A stretch of DNA of 64,000 nt from the human T2T-CHM13v2.0 reference genome, Homo sapiens, in assembly GCF_009914755.1 (NCBI RefSeq), contig NC_060938.1. One strand, written 5' to 3'. The notes below the pieces were generated by a model. That model ran no database searches. It was given only the letters and a program-made list of their open reading frames with translations, and was not told the origin of the DNA. Position numbers and translations under genes: made by a program. Below, in pieces: positions 18,901-35,290 of this stretch (its first letter is position 1; each line of letters starts with the position of its first letter).

Positions 18901-19583
18901 TCTAATGGTTCTTAGCTAGAGGTGTACATTTGGATTACTTGTGTTTTGTGAAATACACCTACCATGGAACCAGGTAAATCACTTCAGTAGATCAAGGGAA
19001 GGATCCCAACATTTATGGTTTTTTAAAAGTATCACTGGAGATTCTAAATCATATTTCCATTGATGTATATCCTTCCAGTCATACAGTCTTCCTTAAGCTG
19101 GAGAAAATGCAATTGTTTTGAGGTTTACAGATTGGTTTTGTTTTTTTAATTGTAATTACATCTTGTGGTACCCAGAGCCTCTGAAGGTCTTAATCCTACC
19201 TTGGGCCATACTCGTCTCCTTTCTCAACATAGATTCTCGAAAGTAATAAACTAACTTTGAAACCTTGAACTCATTTCTCCTGTAGACTGATGATGATTAC
19301 TTTCATGTGAGCCCTAATTGAGGCAGGTTTTTGTCTGTAAGAGAGTTAGAAAGGAAGTCAAACTCGTCCTAGGGCAATAATTCTTAATCTTTGGTGGAGG
19401 AGGGATTAATTATAGATCCCATTGAAAAGCCAATGAAAGCTAAAAGCCTCCTTCTCAATAAAATTCACAAAAACACATCACAAGTGTTGCATTCAATTTC
19501 AAGAGGTCTGTAGCTCCTTAGGAGCCTGGTTAAGAGCCCCTAGTCTAGAGCCTGAGTGAGTTGACCATTCTTCTGCCCACCAG

Positions 19584-19753
19584 ATGGGAGCTCGGAATGT
19601 CTGAGCTCTGCAGAGCAGATGGAGTCCGAGGACATGCTGAGCGCCTTAGGCTGGAGCAGAGAAGACAGGCCGAGGCAGAACTCCAAAACTGCAAAGAATG
19701 CCTTCCCTACCCTGTCTCCCATGGTCGTCATGAAGAATGTGCTTGTCAAACAG
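19584..19753 (+). CDS. CIPC: CIPC second coding exon ([19 protein letters not shown]...[12 protein letters not shown])
   Basis: Acceptor ttctgcccaccag| and donor CAG|GTGAGG. 170 nt, open in frame; 136+170=306 nt restores phase 0. Confidence 0.93.
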
Positions 19754-22394
19754 GTGAGGAGGACTAATATCACCTAAAGTCTTTGCAAATAAAAATCTCT
19801 TAGCTTCCGTGTATAAAGGAAGAGATTTATATTCTCTGCCAAGGAGAGATTTTAGAAACAGACCATTAGAACCACACCAATGTGTACTTTCTGTCCTGGG
19901 GAGCGGATGTTATCTTTCAAGTGTGACACTGTTTTAAAAAGGAATATAAGAATCATGACATGCGTTCTCATTTTTCAGACAGTTAGGTTGTTTTATTTCT
20001 GTATTCATAGTTTGTCCAAAGAGACCCTGAAATGTATATAAAGGAACCAAGCAGAAATGGCATCACTTCAATGGTGCATTCTAACATATGGCAGAGTTTA
20101 GGGTAGAAACAAAAGATGCTCTTTTTAATATGGATTGCCCTGGGAATTTAGGAATGTAGAATGCATTTATCTCAGAAGTAGAGGCAATTTCCCTGTTTCT
20201 TATGTCATATACTGAGCATTTTCTTAGTAGTCAGCCAGAGCCTGTCATTAGTGACGAAGCTGCTCCTGGTTCAAGTATGGGAATACCAGCAGAATCCACA
20301 CAGTGTTGTGGAGTGGAAACACATCCTGTTTGGGGCTTTATTACATAACTATGTTTATTATATGATTATTGTTTAGATATGAAAGAAAAGATTTAGATGA
20401 AAATCTAAGTTAAGCTCTAGTGTTTGAAACTGAGAACTTGATCATATGAACTTGGTTAAGTTAGAGAAGTCTGAGAATAGAAAAGATTGATTTCAGCCAA
20501 AGAAATTTAATCTTACCGTACTTTCCTCTGAAAATATATCAGTTTTCATATGGGTCCATTGATGAGGCTACTTGAAGATAGTGAAATTTTAAATCTGGCT
20601 TGAGTAGTTGACTTTTCCCCCCTTAGGGTAAAAGGTGAGAACATGGCTTTAACTTGACAGGAAATCTTAATGTCTTAGCTATTACCTAGTTGTATATGAG
20701 GAACACAAACTGATTTTCAACAAGGCAGACTGGTGAGTTCTGAAAAGGAATTTGAAGATTTTTGCTTGGTAAATCACATCTCAGCTGGAAGCATGGCTCT
20801 CCTTATTGAAAGGAAAAGAAAGAATAGAGACAGGAAACGGAGCCCACATGAGATTGCTCCGGCCCCACCAGTGCTGCCAGTGCTTCTCCTGGGCTTCCTT
20901 TCTCCCAGTTCTTTTTCTCCCTGCCTTCCTCTCTGGCTTCCTTGTCCCTTTCTTGTGTCTGTGTTTATATCCCTTCTTTGTTGTAGGCTAGGCTGGCAGC
21001 TCCAGAAGGCTGAGAACAGCCCACACACACAGTTACGGAGTGAGTAGGCTTTTCCAGCAGAGCCACATTCTTTAAGACAAAGACCCGCCAGAAAAGCTGC
21101 TGGGCCTGATCAGGAGCTAAGAGACTTGGGGACAAGCTGACCTAAGGGAGTAGTCTAGGAGTTTTGTTTCGTTTTTTAAAAACATACTAGAATCTAGCGT
21201 ATTCTAAAATTAAAATAATGATACACATTTAAAACTCTGCATGTTGTGTAATGTCTTGATTATGGCTGCTTGGTTTTAGATATTTTTCTTTTGAGAGTCT
21301 GATTCCACCTCTGTCATTAGACAGTGTGATCTTGTACATAATTAACCACAATGGATATCAGTTTCTTCATCTTTAATATGAAGGGTTTATGTGAAATGAT
21401 TCTGAGATCCTGTCCAAGTCTAAAATTTTGTTCTGTATTCCCTCAGGTGATTTCCACATGAATAATACAATTTGTAAAATCTAATAATTGGAACAAGTCA
21501 GCTAAGTATCTGTTAGGAGAGTGGGCATAACAGTAGCATTAGGAAGTACAGTCCAGTAAAATCATGGGAAAACAATGCATTAGATATTTTCCAGATCCAT
21601 TTGCCTTGTAGGTCATCCCTAGAGAGGGCATGAAGTTTTGCTTCTGACTGAGCTGGAACAGGCTGATTTCTACTTCAAAAGACCTCTTGATTTTGGATCT
21701 CCTATGACAAGGAAATATGGTTTCTGGCCCTAGCATTGCTTGCCTTAGTATATTCCGGAGTATATTTGAACATCAAGAGGACTCTAGATCGTTCCAGCCT
21801 TTGCATGGGAAATGAACTGGCCTAAAGTTCCTAACCTTGCATCCAAGAAACTGAAATGTGTGCAAAATGGTGCGCGCATGTACATGTATGGGAAGACAGT
21901 TCGTAATGTTCTTCAGATAAATCAAATGACCCCACCTGACCCCACTGATGATGTGAAACTCTGTCAGGCTTGCCCTCTGCCTGGCTTTATCTATACTCAG
22001 ATTTTGGGGACCAGGTTGGAACTGGATTGGCTTTCAAACATTGGAGACAAGTAGCCATGTCCTTCTTTATTAGATTTCGTCTGAATCAATACTTTAATTA
22101 AAAAATAATGTATAATTGAGGAGTAATAAACAAAGGCAGTATAGCAGAATGGCTCAGATGGGTTTTAGAGTCAGACAGAGGATGGAATCCTAACTGCATC
22201 ACTTAGTAACTTGATGACTTAAAACAAGTTTTTTCGACTTTCTAAGCCTCAGTTCCCTGTTTATGAAGGGAAATGGTAACTGCCTCATGGGGTTTTAAAT
22301 AGATTAAGTAACTCATGTAAAACATTACACATAGTGGTAACCTATAATCAGCACCAATACATGGTAGCTGTTATTATTTTGAATGGTTTTATGA

Positions 22395-22836
<442 letters not shown>

Positions 22837-23191
22837 TAAATGAAGATACACTTTGGTGTAAAGTCACATTTTAACTTACACCAGGAAATCCATATTTTTG
22901 TTGTTTCAGTTGTGACCTTAGCTATGTCATTACTTTACCTACCCATTTATTTTTCTGAGTGATAGCACTTGAATAAAAATAGGTATTTCCTCCAGTTTTC
23001 CCTTAGAAAAAGTTTAAAAAGTATTTGTGATATCAGACACAAATAGATGTTCAAACCACTATGTGAGAGAAGCACTGTCCTTGAAATTGTTCTAAGCATT
23101 TGAGTATCCACTTGCCCCTTTGACAGAAGCTTCACTCCTCTATCCTTTCAGCAGTAATGAGTAGTGTGCTGCTCTCCTCCTTTGTCTTCAG

Positions 23192-24085
23192 GGCAGCAGC
23201 TCATCCCAGCTCCAGTCGTGGACTGTCCAGCCCTCCTTTGAAGTGATCTCAGCACAGCCACAGCTCTTATTCCTTCATCCACCTGTACCATCTCCTGTCA
23301 GTCCATGTCACACTGGTGAGAAAAAGTCCGACTCCAGGAACTACTTGCCCATTCTGAATTCTTACACCAAAATAGCCCCACATCCAGGCAAAAGGGGCCT
23401 TTCCCTTGGCCCAGAAGAAAAAGGAACAAGTGGAGTGCAGAAGAAAATCTGTACTGAGAGACTTGGGCCTAGCTTGTCTTCCAGTGAGCCAACCAAGGCT
23501 GGTGCTGTCCCATCCAGTCCCTCGACGCCAGCACCACCCAGCGCCAAACTTGCCGAGGACTCAGCTCTGCAGGGTGTGCCCTCTCTGGTGGCAGGTGGAA
23601 GTCCACAGACTCTTCAGCCGGTATCCAGCAGTCACGTGGCTAAAGCTCCCAGTCTGACCTTCGCTTCCCCCGCCAGTCCTGTCTGCGCATCAGACAGCAC
23701 TCTCCATGGGTTAGAGAGCAACTCTCCCCTTTCACCACTGTCCGCTAATTATAGCTCACCTTTATGGGCTGCAGAGCACCTCTGCCGCAGCCCAGATATC
23801 TTTTCAGAGCAGCGGCAGAGCAAACATAGGCGCTTTCAGAATACCCTAGTAGTCCTACATAAATCTGGTTTGCTGGAGATCACTTTGAAAACCAAGGAGT
23901 TGATTCGTCAGAATCAGGCAACTCAGGTAGAACTAGACCAGCTAAAGGAGCAAACCCAGCTGTTTATAGAAGCCACCAAGAGCAGGGCCCCTCAGGCTTG
24001 GGCCAAGCTGCAGGCATCTTTAACACCTGGGTCCAGTAATACAGGCAGTGACCTAGAAGCATTCTCTGATCACCCAGCCATATAG
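23192..24085 (+). CDS. CIPC: CIPC last coding exon ([10 protein letters not shown]...[17 protein letters not shown]...C-terminal coiled coil...SDHPAI*)
   Basis: Acceptor tttgtcttcag| is in frame with ORF 23243-24085. Total 102+297=399 aa. Ser/Pro-rich with a heptad-repeat C-terminus, recognised as CIPC/KIAA1737. Confidence 0.95.
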   Translation, partial: GSSSSQLQSWTVQPSFEVISAQPQLLFLHPPVPSPVSPCHTGEKKSDSRNYLPILNSYTKIAPHPGKRGLSLGPEEKGTSGVQKKICTERLGPSLSSSEPTKAGAVPSSPSTPAPPSAKLAEDSALQGVPSLVAGGSPQTLQPVSSSHVAKAPSLTFASPASPVCASDSTLHGLESNSPLSPLSANYSSPLWAAEHLCRSPDIFSEQRQSKHRRFQNTLVVLHKSGLLEITLKTKELIRQNQATQVELDQLKEQTQLFIEATKSRAPQAWAKLQASLTPGSSNTGSDLEAFSDHPAI

Positions 24086-25455
24086 CACAGAGGCATATTT
24101 TCCTGTTACTTGAGTGGTTCTTTTAGCTCATTTGCTGTTACCTACTCCTGTTTCCCAAAGCTTATGTAAGAGCTTTTCCTTCTAAACTTAAACTGTGTTG
24201 TGGTTCACTTAGGAAGCCACGTGCCAATACCTGGCTGCTGTCTTAACTCGTAGTCTGGGCACAGGATACATATGTCCCCGTCCCACTGAGGACCTCAGTT
24301 TGGGAGTGCCCTTGAGCCCCTTTTCCTTAGCCTGCAGGTGCTTCAATGGATCATGGGGCAAAGCAGGAGATGATTGTGTGGGGCTCTTCCTGCTGTCACC
24401 TCCCATCATCCCACTCTCTCACCAGGATCAAGGGTACAGTAACACGAATGAGCATACAGAGCAACGCCTGTTGAGCCAGGGAGTAGGTGACACAAGGAAA
24501 CCTTCATGGATCTTCCCTTGCCTGTCTTAGTCACAGAGAGAAATAAGAGGAGGTTGTTTGCATCCCACAAGGCATCGTACTAGTTGGGCGAGACCTAAAA
24601 TTCCCTGGGCACAGGTTGCACCTGGGTGTGAGCACTTAATCACTCAACGCTTTGTTTTCTTACACTTGAAAATCAAGGGAAAGAGTAGTACCATCTGACT
24701 CCTACACTTTCATTACAAGTCAGATTTTTCTTAAACTAGCAGGCAAAAACAGTACTTCCAAATTTTAAGGTATGGAATGAATGCAGTACATCTGGAATTG
24801 TAGTCGATGAATTGCTTTTTTGACTTAGAAGCTGAAGAAAATAGACATAGCCGGCATATCTCATGGTCAGGAGCTGGACGATTCTGGTAACTTAGGCTTT
24901 TTTTATCTCTTCTTTTGAAACAGTGTAACCTGTTTTATGTCTAAAAATCTTAAGGATAGTTTCAGTGGTTCCTGGGATGTAGTATAAGTTAACTCTGCTG
25001 CCATCTTGTTTTTTTTTTTTTCCTTTATTTTGATAAGTGATTATTATGCTTGATAAACTTTGAATTAAATACAGTTGTCTTGAGGGTATGATAAGTCCAC
25101 AAAAAATTGGAAAGCATCTTACCCATTTTCTTCACATCCCAAATTTTTATTTGTTCCATGTCATAGTGATGGGAAGCAGTTACAGAGCAGCGTCTTCTGT
25201 GTTTCCTTCATGTGTTAGATATTGGCAACAAAGCCAGAGGTGTAATGTTGGTTATATGAAGTTCATCTCAAAATGGAGACCATGACCAGAGTTTCCAGAT
25301 GATACACGTTCTTTTCAGCTTCATTAAATAGGCAACTATGTTTCTAAATAGTAAAGTTTCAAAATATTCTCTCAATTTAAAATTTCATCCTCTTGAAAAT
25401 CTTTGTTCTTTACAAAATTATCTTAATAAGTTCTATATGGTCAGCTTCATCTTCC

Positions 25456-25750
25456 TTTTTTTTTTTTTTGAGATGGAGTTTCGCTCTTGTTGCCCAGGCG
25501 GAGTACAATGGTGGGATCTCGGCTCACTGCAACCTCCGCCTCCTGGGTTCAAGTGATTCTCCTGCCACAGCCTCCCAAGTAGCTGGGATTACAGGTGCCT
25601 GCCACCATGCCCAGCTAATTTTTGTATTTTTAGTAGAAATGGGGTTTTACCGTGTTGGCCAGGCTGGTCTCGAACTCCTGACCTCAGTTGATCCGCCTGC
25701 CTCAGCCTCCCAAAGTGCTGGGCTTACAGGCCTGAGCCACCACGCTCAGC
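25456..25750 (-). mobile_element. AluS in the CIPC 3' UTR
   Basis: Antisense Alu with TSD tcagcttca. Confidence 0.95.
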
Positions 25751-27027
25751 TCAGCTTCACCCTGTCTGCAAAGAAAAGTTTTACTAAGACCAGAAGTTAA
25801 ATATGACATTTCCTAGGTAGTTGTAACTCTAACATAGTTTAAAAAGTATGTGGCTTCAGATTGCCTATACTTTGTTCACAAACGTGTGATTTAGATATGA
25901 CTGATTTAGAAGTGAACAACTTGGTAACATCCCTAGACTCCACTCATGAACGCAGAATTATTACCTGCTGTTTGCTTTCTGAAAGAATTTCAGAAATCAG
26001 AGCAAATGTGTCTTTAGGCAGATTCAGCTCCTTTTAATATTTTTCTCTTGGCCCACTCTCTTTGCCTCCCCTGAATCTGTGTGGTACTATAGCAGCTCTA
26101 CTCTGTGCACCATGCTAGGAAGCTTCCTTTTTGGCAGAATATGTTTGGCAGCAAAGCTATAGAGACAGGTGCATTCAGAACATCCTGGGCACCAGTCATG
26201 AGTCTTACTGTGTCAAAAATCTGAAAACACTTGCTGAGAACCAAATTTATTCCATTGGAAAAACCCTCTGTGGAGCTATAAGCCTCTTGGACTCTTCTTC
26301 CTAGATTAAGGCTTGCATTTCCCTCCCTGTTTCAGTAAAAGATGATGAAAGCCACTATCAATCCTCACTGCTGAGTGGCAGGGAGAAGCAGCACCACTCT
26401 CAGCTCTTTTCTAATCTTGTAACTTAGTGCTAGAAGTCTCTCCAGGCTATTACCATGGGCATTTGTTCTCTGTTGGAGCTGTAAGCAGATGAACCCAAGT
26501 AGAGAAGATAGATCTTGGAAGGAGAGATCCATTGAGTCCAGAAGCCAGATCAGCAAATGGAGGAACCTCGGAGGTGACCAGAAAGATCTCCATCGGTTGC
26601 CCAAGGCTGTAAGTAGTGATGGTTTTAGCGATGAATAACGTAATTGGCTATGAAGTACTGTGGCAGAGCTGCTGTTTTCTGAAGGTGAGAAGCCATTTTT
26701 AGCTCAGAGCAACCCTTAAGAGAACTTTTGGCAGATTTTGTTGGCATTATTGAAATATATATAGAAAAGTTGCTGATTGCAATGGTTATGGGAATGGAAT
26801 TTAATGACATTTGTAATTTATTACACTCATTGGTTTTTATTGATTATAGTATTGTCTGACTTTTTATTTTCTACTATGGTTCCTTTAGCAGAAAAGTAAC
26901 TTTTGTGCATATATTGAAGTGGTTTTTCAGCTATGAATTCTTTAGGGTAGAAATTTATTTAGCAAATGTGAATTCTTTTGAGAAAGTATGAAGTTTTGCA
27001 GAAATTGACTGTGAAATGTCAGAGAAA

Positions 27028-27033
27028 AATAAA
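27028..27033 (+). terminator. CIPC: CIPC polyadenylation signal AATAAA
   Basis: AATAAA after an AU-rich stretch, with a U-rich element (ccttttttgcttt) ~30 nt downstream. Confidence 0.75.
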
Positions 27034-28132
27034 AGTCACTTACTTGAAACCTATTTGGCCTTTTTGCTTTATAACTGCTTAAAAATACTGAGTGAACCTG
27101 GAGTAAATATTTGAACTGATTTAAATGTTAAACATAGGTACTCATGTTATTTGGGAATATTGGGATTAGACACTGAACATGTGGAAATTCATTGCTCAGA
27201 TTTTCACTGGTGTGAACTTGAAATATGAGTAGCCTTATGGCAAATGAGTAGTCCCCTGTTTTCTGGAGCCTTGGAGGCTTATACTGGGCAGGTTGGGAGG
27301 AGTGAGAGGTGAAGATAGTCCAGTGATTTCTTCCATCTGATTGACACTTTCACAAATAGAACTTTTAAGTGACAAAGCTACTATAATTGTATACCGGGAT
27401 AAACTAAAGCCACAGTAAGCGAAGTTTTTTCTACAGCACAGTGGTCCTTAGCAAGCACACCTCCATGCCTTCCCCTTTGCCTCCTCAAGCCTTGCTCCTT
27501 GTCAGGGTTCACCTAGAAGATCTCAACAGGGAGACATGTGGAGTCCTCCCTGTTTCCCAGGCCAGTCAGGAGCCCCTTTCTGGGATCTTTAAGACACTGG
27601 GGAAATGAAAAGCTGACCTCACTAAAAGCCTGGAGGGTTGTCATAGTCGAATTCTTCTAGTATTATTTCTGTCCTATACAATTGTCTAAGTGGCTTTTTA
27701 AAATGTAGCTGTAAGGCCACTAGTAAGAAACAAAAAATAGGTAAATATGGCTAGAGAAGGTCCCTTCTGAAATAAAGAGAACCATCCTTCCTTAAGAAGT
27801 GGAATCCAGAGAAGGGAGGGAGCACAAAAATTTGAGCCTCAGAGGCTCAAGAGAACCCAGTTATTTGCGTTTGCAGCTCCTCACCCCTGGGCGTGATTCC
27901 TGTATGTGGAAACGCTTGCCCCTTAGGACGGCCTGTTTGCAAACATGTTTCATCCACATTTTTTTATGGCATCCCTGCAGATTGTAGCCTGGTGTGATGG
28001 GGTCTAAAGACCTACATTCACATGTCATATCTACTACTCATTGACTCAGTGACTTTGGATAAGTCACTTAACCTCTCTCTAGATGTCACTCTTCTCAGCT
28101 GAATGATGAAGAATTTGAATTAGTTACCTTGA

Positions 28133-30472
<2,340 letters not shown>

Positions 30473-33400
30473 CCCCCTTTATTCTTAAAACACATGGCTT
30501 TCCTATCTCTTTCTAAAGGATGGTTATGCAAGACAGAATTGCTTGAAAGAACAGTCTGTATGGTTCCTGCCTTAAATTACAGCAGCTGGAGGAGATGAGT
30601 TGAGCAAAAAAGCAAGAAGGGCCCATAGAATATGAAGATAACCCAGGGAGTGGGAGGAAGCTGTTAGAATATGAAGGAGAATGAAAACCGAAAGTGGGAT
30701 CCTGCGGCCAGCCCTTGTGAGGGCCCTGGCAGGTGGAGTGATTATTATCCTTCCAGCAAGGCAGTCAGAGTGGCTGGAGAGCATGAGAGTAAAAATAGCT
30801 GCCGTTACATTTCCTACAGACTCACTAGATCCCAAAAATTGCAGTGGCCTTGGAAGCATGTTTGTTCATCCTGGTGTCTTTATAACAGAAGAGAGCAAAG
30901 GCCTCCATTCTCTGGGGACAGCCCACAAAGCCCCTGCCTGCTGGGTGGACAGATGGGAGCGCTTGGCATGGGGCCTGCCCTTCATTTGAGGGTGAGAGTG
31001 AAAAACCAGAAGCCCTGAAAAATCAAGACCTGCCACCACTTGTAGATGGTAAACCACAATAATCATGTCTCTACAGAGAGCTGGGTTGAAATTATCATCT
31101 CCACTCAACCCTTGCACAAGTGAGTACATTGCCCAGTCAGGGGAAGAGAAGAAGCCTAAAGAAGTTACACACAAATGGAGCACCACAACCTCAACGAGTC
31201 CTGCATTGTCTTCAAAAATGGCAGGAAAACTTGGCCCCAGAAGCCTGGTGGTCCTGCTGGTTAACATTTCATTCTGCTTCCCCTCTGAGCTCCAGCAAGG
31301 TTTCTGGGCCTCTCCTCTCATCACTGGGCTGCTCAGGAAATGCAAATGAGTTTCACTTCAGCAAAACACAGAGAAAGGGCAGTGAACCGTCACAACAAAC
31401 AGCCCCGGATACCCACAGCCCGACAAAACAGTGACAGGCATGGTTTAGACTGTGTGTTTTCAATAATGGTCCCCTGGGCTCTCACAGGCCGAGAGAGTGA
31501 ACTTCAAGGTGAAAGCCTTTTATTTTTTTGAAAGGATATCCAAGTTGATGCTTGTCTTGGCAAGGTGTATTTAGAAGTATCATGCTTTCCAGCCTGTGCT
31601 GATTTTATTCTTGAAGCATTTTATAAACATCAATTGTGCCGTGAAGCTCCTAGCTAGTAAATTACTAACATTGCTGATTGTACTAGTCAGGTTGGGCTGC
31701 AGTGACAATGTCACTTCTGCTCAGCCCGTGGCCAAGACTGGCTCCTGGCCCCACCAGTTGCATGGGGATCAGGACATGTGGGACAGTATGCACTGAATGA
31801 TTTAAAAAAAAAAAAGTCAACATGGCAGAAATATTTAATTCAAGGGAAAAAAAGGTTCTTGGACCCACAGGATCAGAGGTGAGCAGGCACCAGTCAACAC
31901 AAGGCCACAGGTCAGCCCTGGGGTAGGTCCCACTTTGGGGACCTTTAAAAATCCTCAAAAACATGGTCCTTGTCACTCAGATTTTCACACCTTTCCTCCC
32001 AAAATTGTATTCCAAAACCCGATCATTTCTCCTTCTTCTGAAAGTATTAATGATTCCTGCAGCTTACCTGACCAAAGCATTGTCATTATTATTTCAAGGA
32101 AACACATTTTCAACACGTTTATGTCCCAGCTGCTGACTGAGCTGTGGATATAAAATGGTGGCTAAAACAGACCTGGTCCCTCCTTCTAGTCTTGTGGGAG
32201 GTAGCAATGACAATCAGTTAGTCAATTGCCCCTTTGACAGTTTTGGTCTCTGTAGGTCTTAAACATCCAAAGCTGGGTGCGTAAGCCTAGACAAGGTGAT
32301 ACGTCCTACTCATTTCAAAGATAATGCTTTAATAACCTTTGGGGTTAGCACCCTTTGATTAGGGCAAGAGTCCTTAATATGAAACTATAAGTCCACCCCA
32401 ACACACCCAAGCACACTAGGAGGGAGTTAGCAGCAGCAGATTATCCCGTTGAGCGACCCACCTTCAGACTTCTGAGCTCACCCACAACAACAGCACCTGC
32501 ATCTGCTTTCCCCAGCTGCCGCCAGCATAAGCATACACATGACCCCTTGCTTGACTTACCCTAGTCCTGGCTCTGGCTGCAAAAAACAGTTGTTGAGGCC
32601 CAGGGTCTATAGAAAGATACATGTGGTCCCTGGCCTTGGAGCCTAGGCATCTGAGCCAGGAGTCATGACCCACAGGAAAAGTAGTGACGCAAGGTTGTGC
32701 CTGGTGCCCAAGGAAAATCACAGACCAGAGCTGCAGGAGCTCCCTGAGACCTTGAGAGGAACTCACGATGATTGAGATCTAAGTAGTGATTGAGATCTCA
32801 GCCTTGGCATAGGGTAGAGCTTCCATAAGCTGTCCGTGCCTGGTCAGCCATTTGCAAACAGCCCTTTCATTTGAGATGAAGAACACAACTTTTAGGGATT
32901 ATTTCAGTTACATAGAGACAACATAGGAGAGCAGTAATGTGAGCAGAGGGGTTTTAAGGGAGTTCACCTGATACAGGTATAGAGAGGAAGGGGAATAGCG
33001 TTTTAGCCAAAGGAAAGAGCAGGAGTACAGACATCTTGGTGAGATGGAAATATCATGGCTTTAGATCTTGATCTGGTCTCTGTGTGATCCTAGCAAGTTA
33101 TATAACCTCTCTGCACCTTGTTTCCTCATTTGTTAAGTTACTGTCAACTCTGAAATATTGTTGTGCCTTAATGTACAGTATATAGTACAGTGGCCTCACA
33201 TGGTGGGTGCTCAGTAAACAATAATAAGATTGCTACTGCAAGTGAATTGTGCCATTCCAAGAACAAGGACTGGGCTCTCTGAGCTGGCTTCAGTCCAAGG
33301 CCAGCCTTCCACTTTGTACATACAGGCAGTGGCCAGCAAAACAACCCAGCTCCCTGCCTACCTCTGGCACCCTGCTGCACCCAGAACAGAGCCCCTCCTT

Positions 33401-34539
33401 TGCACACACCCTGCAGAATACCTGCCAAGCATGCGCTCCAGCTCTCCCCAGCCTGTCCCAGTCCTCACCCTCCTTTAGAGTTATACAGCTGGTGGGTGGG
33501 GAGCTATGGAGGAATCAGCCCTACCCTAGCCAGATCCAGCCTCCTAGCTGGCCCAGCCTCCTAGCTGGTGACTCAGCCTCCAGGCTCCTGCACAATCTGT
33601 CCTTCACACCTGCATCAGGTGAACTTCCTCAAACCTCTGCTCACTTACTGCCTTCCTCGGACACCTCCCCTATAGCGGTTCTAGCCTTGACTGTGTAGCA
33701 GAAACCTCTAGGGAGCTTTGAACATGCACAGGTCACATCCCAGACCTGTCAGACTCTGGGGAAAAGACCTGCCTTCCCCCACCCCCATGGATATTCTCTA
33801 AAGCTCCTCAGGGGATTGCAGATAGGCAGACAAAGCTGGGAATAATTGCAGTGGGTCCCTTGTGGGGGATTGGACTTGGGGCTGGGGTGAGGAGGCGTGG
33901 GGACCAGTTCCACACAGCGAAGTAACTGTCATCTGCAGTATCGCCAACACCTGGGAGCCTATGAGAAATGCAGAGTCACAGGCCCTGCTGATTCAGAATC
34001 TACATTTTACCAAAGTCCCCAGTGTTTCCCCGCACTGTCGAGTTTCATTAACACTGGCACCAGCTTTTACTAATTGCTCACGGTGCTCCAAGTGCACAGC
34101 CAGGTGTTTTACACACACCATCTCATTTAATCCTCACACCCCTCAGCTATGAGCACCCCCTTTGACAAACAAGGAAAAATCTGCCGTTCCTTCAACAAAT
34201 CCTTCCTGAGCACCCACGTGCGAGGCTCTGTGCTAGAGACTGAGAATGAAAAACGGGCGCTCCCCTGCTGGGGAAGAGCTCAGAAGCCAATGGGATGTGG
34301 ATTTCAATGTCTTCCCAGCTGTGTGTTCCTGGGCGACTTTCTCAGCCTCTCTGAGCTCGTTTCCTTTTCCTCTTCCGCCGAACAGGGCTAAAAATCACAC
34401 CGCACAGGGCTTGGTGCCTTCCCTAAGCTAAGTACTCACTCACCAGGCCTGGTTCTAGCGGGAGCTCAGGAATGGTCGCTATTGTGACAAATAGAAAACC
34501 CGCCAGGAGACAGAGAGGAGGTGGGTCCCTGGACCGCGG

Positions 34540-35290
34540 TGGCACATGAGGGCTAAGAACCTCCCAGGAGGGGCTGGGCTCGGAGCGCGCTCTCGGAGAC
34601 GCGGTGATGCGCGGGGCCCGGGCCGTGGACAAGACTGCAGTGTCCTGCACTACCTGCCGCCCACTCATCAGGCCGATTCTCCTCACCTTACGCTTAGATG
34701 AGTTTCGAGTAAGACCACTGCTGGCATCAAGAGTCTGGGCCCATGATCTCGCCCTTTCGGGCTAGGCGAGGCAGACCCAGGTTGGCTGCGGCCCGCGGTC
34801 CCCGCGCAGCCAACACTGGCAGCCAAGCGCGGGGCGCGCGCGCCGGGAGAGTGGAGCGCGGAGGCCCGACGGCGCCCCCTCCCGGCGGGCCCGAGCCACG
34901 GCCGCGGGCTCTGGCGGGTGCCGGGGAGGCCACGCGCGACGGCGTCGCAGCCGGAGCCCAGACAGAGGCCCCACGCTGCGCGGCCTTCATCCCACGGCTG
35001 GGGCGATGGAAAGGTGGTCCCGACACGCGCAGGGGTCTGAGGAATCGGCTTCGGGATTCTGTGGTCTTTGTGGTCCGCAGCCGGCACCACTGCTTCCTGT
35101 AATTTAATTTTCTCTCCCGAAAGCGTTGCTAATTAAATCCTTTCTCCGGCGAGCCGTCGCCCCCCGCCCCTGCTAGTCTGTTTATTAAGTACCCGGCACC
35201 TGCGAGGGAATTTTTGCCCTCGGCGGCCGGCGGGTCAGGTGGAGGGGCCGCGCTGCCCCTTAGCTGCGCCTCCTGGCTTCCTTCCCCAGG
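34540..35290. promoter_or_regulatory. Orphan intergenic CpG island
   Basis: Dense CpG/GC sequence (e.g. gcgcggggcgcgcgcgccggg), not adjacent to either coding start. Confidence 0.85.

Larger units (their letters stand above)
24086..27050 (+). other. CIPC: CIPC 3' UTR (~3 kb, contains an antisense Alu)
   Basis: Runs from the stop codon to AATAAA at 27028-27033. Distal part is AU/U-rich. Confidence 0.75.

Noticed and set aside
23243-24085. 280-aa ORF as a stand-alone gene
   Set aside because: It starts at GTG inside the last CIPC exon; the true frame begins at acceptor 23192.
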